64,000 nt of DNA, taken from the human T2T-CHM13v2.0 reference genome, Homo sapiens. The stretch lies in the NCBI RefSeq assembly GCF_009914755.1, contig NC_060937.1; one strand, given 5' to 3'. The notes under the pieces are model-generated. The model was not told the origin of the DNA. It saw nothing but the letters and a program-made list of their open reading frames with translations, and searched no databases. The translations under genes and the position numbers were made by a program. The number at the start of each line of letters is the position of its first letter. Within the stretch, counting starts at the first letter, position 1. Below, one piece after another: positions 54,621 to 64,000 of the stretch.

Positions 54621-55148
54621 TCCTCTCTGTGAATATACTCTTTTATAAATGTTATAATACTCTTCTTTGTCTCTTTTACAGTTGTTGACTTAGGTTTATT
54701 CTTTCTCTGATATAAGAATAGCCAATCATGCTCTCTTTTGGTTACCATTTGCATGGGATTTTTTTTTTTAATTCATCAACTTCAGCCTATGTGTTCTTAA
54801 AACTAAAGGACATCTTTTATTAGCATATAGTTGTATCTTGTTGTGATGATGGTTGTTGTTCTATCCATTCAGAAAATCTATGTCTTTTGATGGGACGATT
54901 TAATCCAATTATATTTAAAGTAATTGAGAGGTAAGGACTTACTATTGCGATTTTGTTATTTTTACTGTGACTGTTTTATAGTTTCTTTGTTCCGTCCTTC
55001 CACCCTTACTATCTTCCTTTATTATTTGATGGTTTTTTAGTGGTTGGCTTTGACTTATTTTTTTAATTCTTTTCAGTATCTACTAAAGAATTTGTATGTG
55101 TAGTTACCAGGTGGCATACATAAAAGCTTAGTTATAACAGTATGTCTT

Positions 55149-55186
55149 AAACTCATAACAACTTAAGAAACTCATAACAACTTAAG
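55149..55186. repeat. Perfect 19-bp tandem duplication
   Basis: aaactcataacaacttaag x2. Confidence 0.95.
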
Positions 55187-56112
55187 TTAGTTTATATAAA
55201 AAGAAGTTCAAGTTCTGCTTTTCAAATTCTCCTCCCCTCACATTTTATGTTACGGATGTCACAATTTGCATCTTTTATATATCATGTATTCATTAAAAAT
55301 ATTGTAGTTATTTTTAATAATTTTGTCTTTTCACATTTGTACTAGAATTAAAATCATTTATGTATATCACTACAGTATTAAAGTATTATGATTTTTATAT
55401 TATTTTTACCTTTACTATGAGTTGTCCACTTGTATATATTTTCACATTGTATTTGAAATCCTTTCATTTCAAGTTATGGAATTATCTTTAACATTTCTTT
55501 AATGGAGGTCTACTAGTGATATCTCACGTTTTGTTTGTCTGGGAAAATCTTTATCTCTCTTTCATTTCTGAAAAATAGCCTTGCCAGGTATACTGTTCTT
55601 GATTGGCAGCATTTTTTTTTTCCTGCGCTTTGACTATGTCATCCCATTCTCTCCTGGTCTAAAAGGTTTCTGCTTATAAACACCTGATAGTCTTATGGAG
55701 GTTCTTTTGTTTGTGACAGGTTGCTTTTCTCTTGCTGCTTTCAAAATTCTGTTTTTGGCTTTTGAGAATTTGATCATAATATGATCTTGGCGAATTTTTA
55801 AAAATATTTAATCTATTTGGGGTTTGGGGGAGTTTATTTGCTTATAATATTTATTTCCCTCACTAGATCTAGGAAGTTTTCTCTTAATATTTCTTTCAAT
55901 AAGCTTTTTTCTTCATTCTTTTTACTAATCTTTAAGGGACTCCTGTAATTTATATATTGGCTTTCTTGATGTTCTGTAAGTTTTGTAGGCTATCTTCACT
56001 CTGTCATTTTTTTTTTATCCTTTCGTCCTTTGGACTAGGTCATTTCAAATGACCTGTCTTTGAATTTACTAAGTCTTTCTTTTATTTGATAAATTCTGCT
56101 GTTTTAGCTTTT

Positions 56113-56497
56113 TGTCTTGGTATATTTTCTGGTGCTAAAACAGAATGCCACAAGCTAGGTAGCTCATAGAAAATGGAAGTTTAGTTGGCAATTGGTTCTG
56201 AAAGCAGGGATGTTCAAGATCAAAGGGCCACATCCAGTGAGGGCCTTCTTGCTGCATCACAGCATGGAAAAAGGGATAAAATGGTGAATGAGAGAGACAA
56301 ATTGGACCAAACTCATCTTTTTATTAGGAGCTCATGCCCACAATAACCAAACCAATCTCATGATAATGGCATTAATCAATTTATGAGGGTAGAACCCTCA
56401 TAGCCTAATCACCCCTTAAAGATTCTACAACTCAATAACATGACATTAGCAATTATTTTTAAATGTGAGTTTTGGAGGGGACATTCAAATCATAGCA
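56113..56497 (-). mobile_element. MSTB/MSTD-like MaLR solo LTR inside L1
   Basis: tgtcttggtat...gagggccttcttgctgcatcac...ttggaggggacattcaaatcatagca; TSD ctttt/gtttt. Confidence 0.88.
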
Positions 56498-59400
56498 GTT
56501 TTTATGGAATTTCTTAGTTCCCTTGTTGAGTGATTCAGCTTAGAATTTGTTTACCCTTTTTTTATGATTTCTATCTCTTTATTGAACTTCTATTTCTTCA
56601 TGTTTTGTTTTTCTGGTTTCTTTTATTTGTATATCCGTGTTCTCTTGTAGCTCACTGAGCTTATTTAAAATGATTATTTTTCGTTGTTTGTCAGAGAGTT
56701 CATAAGTTCCATTTATTCGGGGTTGGTTAATCATGTTTTATGGTTTTGGTAATATCATGTTTCTATGATTATTTCTGATCCTTATGGTCTTGCATTGGTG
56801 TTTTTATGTTTGAATAATTAGGCACTTCTAGTTTTTACAGGCTGACTTTAATAGAAAAAGCCCTTTGCAAGTCAACATGCTCAGATTCTGGACTGACCAT
56901 TTGTGAGGTCCAAGGGAAGGCTTGAAGCTGGAGTCTTCAGGTGGGTTGGTCCGATGCCTGCGTAAGCAGGTCAGTGAGCCTGACACCTGGGTCCACAAAG
57001 GCCAGCCTGCTGGCTGGGTCTACAGGGTTGGGCCTGGACCCTAAGTCCACTGGGATGGGCCTGCAACTTGAATCTATTCATGCAGGCCTGCATCTGGGTC
57101 CAGTGTGGTAGGTTTGTCTACTGAGTTCATAGGGACATGCTAGGAATGTTAAGTCTGTGGGATGGGCTTTGAGTCTGTGTATTTGGGGGCTAAAGCTTAG
57201 ATCCATGGTGGCTGACTTTATACTGGGGCAGGCTTTGAGCTTGAGGCTGCAGAACTATCCTAGCATGAAAACTGGCCTGGTGCCTGAATCCATGGGGTGG
57301 GCCTGGTTTGAGTCTCCACCTCTGTAAGTGTAGAGACTTTTTCAAGTCCAGCTTTTATGTACATTTACCAACCACCAACAAAATAACAGACACACTTCAC
57401 ATAACAGAATAATGAAAATTAAAAAGATGAATTGGAGAACATCTGCCAAGAATATGAAGGGAGACATAATTCTATGAGCAAAAGACAATGGGTGTATTGC
57501 AGAGGCTTATTTCAAGAGAGTAATTTAAATATCTAAATTTCACATTTCTGTAGAAGTGAACAAAAAATGAAGATTGAGTTAATGGATATAACATATTCTT
57601 TCTCTATTTTGAATAATGTCAGAAAGAGAACACTTTTTATAATTGATGTAAAATGATCTAGTAGAAAAAAAAGTCACTGTTCCACTGATATAAGTCATGA
57701 ATAAAAAGGCTGAGAATCAAGAGGACAAAAAGAAAAAGAGTCCTTGGCAGTACTAGGGCAAATTTTTTTATTTAGTTACAACTGGGTGTCTACTTATCAG
57801 TCTCTAGTAAAGAGTAATTAATCCTTCTCTGCACTCTATTTCTACCCTGCTCCTTAATGCTGTCAGAATTTTCTGATTGCCCTATAGACATTGACAAACA
57901 ATACAATACAATTCTAAGGTCTCCCTAGAGAAGACAGAAGGATCTATTAAAGATATGAGTTACATCATGTCCTTCATCTAAACAGAACTGGGCGGTGGTT
58001 TTCAAAAATATTGGAAAGAACCAGCTATTTGAAATGTTAAGACAATTCCATGCATAGAAAGGGTAGGTACAGAGGTTCTGACTTCTAGCAGAGCTTGGAA
58101 CAATATAAGAGCTTCAAGAAGACCAGTAAACAAGCCTTTCCGTTGTGTCAGGCCAGTGCCACTGGAGTAAAGTAATCATAGGAGGTGGGGAATAAAATGA
58201 TGCTGGATAACTGAACAAGTGCAGTGAGTCATTGTAGTCTATAGTAAAAAGAATGACTCCTATTATTATTTTAGGGATTTAAGTAGAGGGGAGATATAAC
58301 CTAATTTAGTAATTTATCATTATTCCGGCTGGTGCGTGTAGAATAATTTGGAAGTAGGGAAAATTGGAAATAGAAATACAGATTAGGAGCCTCACATAAT
58401 GCAATTCATAGCAAGTACATGGTGGTAATTTGGCCTGGAATAACAGCAGTAGAGAGGGTAGAGAAGTAAACATATACAATATTTATTCTAAGAATAGAAC
58501 TGATAGAATTTGCAGATGGATTGAAAGAAAAGTGAGGAAATTATTGGGTTTATTATGGGTTATTATATCTGGCTTAATAAATTTGATAGCTTTACTAGAA
58601 CTGAAGGAAAAATAAGTTTGGGATGGGCTAGGAGAGATTAACTAATTGCATTTACATGTATTAATTTAGACATGGCTATGAAGCATTGAATCAGATATGC
58701 CAAATAGGCAATAGAATAAATAAGTGGGGAGTTCACAGGAGAGATCTAAAACACAGAGTTGTTAGAATGTTATCAGAATATGTATGCTATTTAGAGATAT
58801 GGGAAATGGCAAAATTACCTAAGAAGAGAAGGTTGATGGAGTAGAGAAAATTCCTTTCACATAATCTGAGGTGTTGCATCTTTGAGAAGCATAGTGGAAA
58901 GGTTGGAGTCAAGAAGAAATGTTAGAGAAAAAAATGAAAAGGAGACACACTAATAGATAGTTGAAGTTTCCTAGAAACCAAGAGAACATTTTAGAAAGGA
59001 GGTAAAGGTCAATTCTCTGGAAAGCTGCCAAGTGGCAGAATAAAATGAGTTCAGAAAAATGTCCACTGGATTTTTCAATGAAAACCCTTGGAGTCCTTTA
59101 CAAAAGCTATTTTTATGGACTCATTGGAACAGAATATATAAACCAGATCATAGTGGGTTAAAAGTGAATTGATATGGAAAAATTGGGGACAACAATTTTG
59201 AAATTTACAGTTAGAAAAAGCAAAGAAATAGAGCATGAAATTGTGGCAAACGGAGGTGGAATCAAAGAAAAATTATTATCATTTTGTTTTTGTTTTTAGT
59301 TTGATTTGGTTTGATTTTTTTTTTTCGAACAGGAGAATTCAGAGTTAATGTGTTTCTGTGTAGGATGCATCAGGAAAAAGGCAGAGCTTGATAATTTAAA

Positions 59401-59499
59401 AGTGAAAGTGGATAGGTGAAGAAATCTATCCCTTGATATGAGAAAGAAGATCAAGAGCACAAATGGGAAGATTGGCTATTGATAGAAGGAAAGATGCAT

Positions 59500-60167
59500 A
59501 AACACCAAAAGCAATTTCAATAAAAGTCAAAATTGACAAATGGGATCTAATTAAACTAAAGGGTTTCTGCACAGAAAAAGAAACTATCATCAGAGTGGAC
59601 AGACACTCTGGAGAACTGGAGAAAATTTTTGCAATCTACCTGTCTGACAAAGGTCTAATATCCAGAATTTACAAGGAACTTAAACATATTTACAATAAAA
59701 AAAACCCATCAAAAAATTGGTAATGAACAGACACTTTTCAAAAGAAGACATTTACGCAGCTGACAAACGTGAAAAAAAGCTCAACATCACTGATCATCAG
59801 AGAAATGCAAATCAAAACCACAATGAGATACCATCTCATGCCAGTCAGAATGGCGATTATTAAAAAGTCAGGAAGCAATAAATAGTGGTGAGGCCGTGGA
59901 AAAATAGGAAAGCTTTTACACTGTTGGTGGGAATGTAAATTAGCTCAACCATTGTGGAAGATAGTATGGTGATTCCTCAAGGATCTAGAACCAGAAATAC
60001 CAGTTGACCCAGGAATCCCATTGTTGGGTATATATCCAAAGGAATATAAATCATTCTATTATAAGGACACATGCACACATATGTTTATTGAAGTACTATT
60101 TGCAATAGCAAAGAAATGGAACCAACCCAAATGTCCATCAATGATAGATTGGATAAAGAAAATGTGG

Positions 60168-60213
<46 letters not shown>

Positions 60214-60551
60214 ATGGAATACTATGCAGCCATAAAAAGGAATGAGATCATGTGCTTTGCAAGGACATGGATGAAGCTGGAAGCCATCATCCTCAGCAAA
60301 CTAACACAGGAACAGAAAACCAAACACCACCTGTTCTCACACATAAGGAGAGTTGAACAATGAGAACACGTGGACACAGAAAGGAGAACAACACACAGGG
60401 GTTAGGGGGTGGGGGTTGAGGGGAGAGAACTTAGAGGACAGGTCAATAGGTGGAGCAAACCACCATGGCACAAGTATACCTATGTAACAAACCTGCACGT
60501 TCTGCACACGTATCCCATGTTTTTTGTTTGTTTTTTAGAACAAACATGAAA
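59500..60551 (+). mobile_element. L1PA8A-like, 5'-truncated
   Basis: ORF2 C-terminus (LGIYPKEYKSFYYKDTCTHMF...WNQPKCPS); distinctive 3' end aacttagaggacaggtcaatagg...tatccc(T-rich)agaa; 18-bp TSD atagaaggaaagatgcat/atagaaagaaagatgcat. Confidence 0.93.
60168..60211. repeat. (TA)n(CA)n microsatellite inside L1
   Basis: Directly visible. Confidence 0.95.
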
Positions 60552-61379
60552 ATAGAAAGAAAGATGCATTTAGTTGGAAACAAATGGGAGGAAGAGGAAG
60601 GAAGCTGCAGATGCCAAAGTGGGGGTAGTCATGATTCGGAGGTGAGATGATAACAGGGTATCTTATCTGGGGGCTTCTATTTTTTTAATGTTGCTTGAAG
60701 CAAGATAATCATCAAAGACTATGTAATGGCATAAGCAGAAGGAGAGTTAGCAATGTCTGAAATACTTAGCTTGGAGTTTTAGAAATGAAAATCAGGGAAA
60801 TGTAATAGCATCATTAGACACTTTTGAGAACCCATTTGATATATATATATAATCGTGTATTGATATAAATCTATTGATACAGGTTGTGTTTGTGATTAGA
60901 TATTAACTTACTGTTCTTGTCTCCTTCCCTTGACTTGACAACTGATGAATGGCTTCTAGATCTCTGGACTTGGCAGATGTTTGTAGACTAACTCTTTATC
61001 TCGTTATTTTTTTCTTGAGTTTCTACAATTTGATCTGACCAGATTTATCTTTATTTAAGTAGTCTTTTGAGACTCCTGTTGTGTCCTTTCAAAATCTGCC
61101 ATGTACCTCTAGATTCTTGCATCCGAGGTCTTTTGTCCTGTTTCACAGATTCCAAGATGACCCTAGAATGACTCTAATTCTTCTGGGGACAAATGAGTAC
61201 AAGTAAAACATTCAAATATTCATGGTTCTCTTAAAGTTTGAATATACAGGCTGATCTCAAAGCCACAGTATTTTTTTTTCTTTTTACTCCAATGGTTAAG
61301 CAGTTTGTCAGCTCACATCCTACAACAGTTCAATTTTTCATGCTTCCCGGTGTTAATACCATCCCACATTAAAGCTAGA

Positions 61380-61798
61380 CTTTATGGTTGCTTAGTTTAG
61401 ATTTTAAAAAAATAGGAAAATTGATGGTGTGCCAGGTCCTTGTTGTGGCCTTAAGACGTTTTGAACAGTATCGCTCTCTTTTAGAATTCTGAAACTGACA
61501 TGGATACAAACCAGGCTAGTTTAATGGGGGATGAAAGATAGTATGAATTAAAAAACAAGTTTTATCAGCGAAGACCATCCTCTGTGCAGCCTACAGACAA
61601 CCAATCCACACTCAAGAAACATTATGTAACCAATATTAGCGGAACTGACTGCTCAACTCACAGATATAAGGTAAGCCTAACTGAGACATGAAAAACCACA
61701 CATTTGACACATTGACTTGTGAGTGATAATAAATTCTTATTGATTTAATCCAATGAGATTTGGAAAAGTTCTTTATACAGAAAAGGTTACCCTGTACA
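61380..61798 (+). mobile_element. Old MLT1-type MaLR LTR
   Basis: 3' end gtgagtgataataaattcttattgatttaatccaatgagatttgg...ggttaccctgtaca; left boundary uncertain. Confidence 0.6.
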
Positions 61799-64000
61799 AC
61801 CCATTACTTAGTTTACCCATAAGTGGTGAGGCCACCAGATATAAGAATCCTGTTTCAAGTATTTGAGTAGCATGATAGAAGTCCCTTCTTTGAAGGAGAA
61901 GAGGTGGTACTAAAAACTGAAGATTTCTTCAAAGCTGTGTCTTCACAAAAATCCCTTTTCACTGTGTACTCTGACCCTTTTAAAATACCTTTAAAGGGGG
62001 TGAGTGTACAAAAAATCCCAGGGCATAGTTTTACTAATTTCCTGTATTTATTGATCTCAGCTACACTATGATATTTGATAAGTCTTATCATATCTCAGTC
62101 AACAGAACTTCATTCTAGATGTGGTTTAATAGGAATTAGCCACATGGATATAGATATCACAAAAAAAAAAAAATGTGACAGGAGTGGCAATGAGGAGGAA
62201 ATCCAAAAGATAGGATCTAGCAACCAGGATGTGGTGAGAAGCTGATAGACACTTACAACATGAGCTTCAAAGGAAAAGAGGTTTTTGTTCTTTTTTCTTC
62301 TGTTGGCTTCTGTTTTCTCTTTTTATATAAATATGGGAAAAGATTTTGGATATATAGATGGAGAAAAGAAGAGAATATCTTAACTTGTGCCTTTGGGTAT
62401 ATTAGTGAAGAGTTATGTAAGATAAATAAGAAAAAGAGATACAAGCAGCAAGAGATGAAAGAAAAAAATTCACTTGAATTAAATGCAAGGGAGATTGTGA
62501 TCTAATAATACAGCTAATTTACAGGAAAGACAAAGGGGAGGAAAAAATTCTTAGGAATGAATTTTAACATTGTGAAAATACCTGATCCCAGATGAAGACT
62601 TTCAAAGTAACTGGGTACCTTTAAGCTGGAGAGAAATCTGGAGCTGGGTTTGGTAGAAGATATGTGAGGCTGTATGAAGACAGTTAGATAAAATTAGATA
62701 ACTTTGGTTATTGCAGTAAAGGGAAAGTGAAGCACACTGGAACTAACTCAGAACATAAAAGATGGTGGTGGCTGTCTGAGTGAAATGATTGCTGGAGATA
62801 GGCATTCTCTCCAGAAACCATAGGCAGCATCCCTACTGTAGTATGACTTTGGTTGTGATCTCTGTCAGAAGTGCTAATTTGGTGGCTAACACTCCTGGAA
62901 AAATAAATGAAAATATTCTAGATGAATGAGCATGCAAGGACATCAGAAAAAAAATTTTAAGTGAATAATTATAAAATAGCATATAGTATAGTTGGATCAT
63001 ACCCTGTTAACTGATGTGAAGTAGGGATTATAAGAGAAGAGAGGGACAGAGAGAGAGCTACTTATAAAACGAGTCTTAGACTCTCTTAGTGACTCTAAGA
63101 GATTAGACCGAAGCTTTTCATCATGCCAATGTAATAACACTTAAACATTTTAAACTGAAACTTTTTTCTTGGCTAGTTTTTTTTTTTAATTTTATAACCT
63201 TTCATTCCTGGAGCCAGTAGCACTAATTACCTCTGACAAGTGGCTCAGAATATCTACAAGAACTAAATTAAATAAAATGTTAGATAAATTCACAGCAATC
63301 AGTCTGATATCAGAAGAATTTTATTTGTGATAGCTAGACACTTGGGGAAGATATGGCTTGTTTTACACTCATATTGATCAAAAACTAAAAGACTAGAATT
63401 CCTAGAAGCTAACTGTGATGATGGACATAATGGAATATATTCCATGAAATTATTTTACTGCCACACAGTAAGCAATTAAAAGTCATGTCTAACCTGAAGA
63501 AAAGTTTGGAGAGGATCTGAGGAAAAGTGTCTGGTACTTGTAGGCTATCAGGGCTTCTAAGAAGGAGGCACAGTTCCAGTCAGGGTATCTAGGTAATAAG
63601 TCGATAGAAAGCCCACATCATTTGAGGAAGAATCCAGAAGCATGGGGTATCCTGAATCCCAAATTCCTCCTAGGCCTCTGGAAGGAGATTGCCTTACATT
63701 TATCCTGCAGCAACACAGGGGAGCAGCAGTAAGAGACACGTCAAGGTAGACACACAAAGGTAGAGTATGTCTCAGCAAAGAAGGTCTATGTTCCTCTCCA
63801 TATCCCTAAAACTCTTCAAACTCTCTTATGGAATGAAAAAGTATTTGAAAATATCTCTATGCACCATTCAGAAGAGCAAAACTTGTAGTCAAGAATCACA
63901 GCATCCTGGGACAAGAGGTCAAATAGAAGACACTTCAGTGTGGGAAATTTTAGCTGGAAAGAAACCCAAATGGACCTCAAATAATCTGCAGTCAGGAAGG

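Larger units (their letters stand above)
52983..57320 (-). mobile_element. Old L1 (L1MA-type): 5' UTR, ORF1 and ORF2 endonuclease relics joined to the 3' UTR
   Basis: 3' UTR 52983-53325; ORF2 N-terminal relic about 53325-54900; ORF1-like 55450-56700 (gtcatcccattctctcctgg, cttttctcttgctgctttcaaaattc); GC-richer 5' UTR 56880-57320. Confidence 0.8.
57900..60900 (-). mobile_element. L2 LINE interrupted by L1PA8A
   Basis: Antisense L2 motifs (ttagacatgg...gatatgccaaataggcaatag...ggagttcacaggagagatct, aaaatgtccactggattt). Confidence 0.65.

Noticed and set aside
62100-64000. Purine-rich terminal region as a possible old LTR/ERVL relic or exon
   Set aside because: Could not assign a family, termini or splice structure with confidence

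Overview
AT-rich, CpG-poor primate genomic DNA (AluY, MER41, THE1 and L1PA indicate a catarrhine, human-like genome) that looks like a gene desert or deep intron. I see no credible host protein-coding gene, RNA gene or CpG island. The only ORFs with recognisable protein similarity are LINE-1 ORF2 relics. The window is a layered transposon landscape: Alus (S, Y, FAM, FLAM), L1PA/L1MA pieces, L2, MIR, MaLR and ERV1 LTRs, a truncated MER67-type provirus, Tigger3 and a MADE1 MITE, many with readable target-site duplications (TSDs). The most notable items are a hairpin/direct-repeat scar at ~34.3 kb, two internally deleted L1s, a deleted MADE1 hairpin, DUX4-type motifs in MaLR LTRs, a candidate enhancer at ~43.7 kb and a nested 47-57 kb block. 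I found no convincing new biological system. Subfamily calls are from recalled consensus sequences, not a database search, and boundaries of old elements are approximate.
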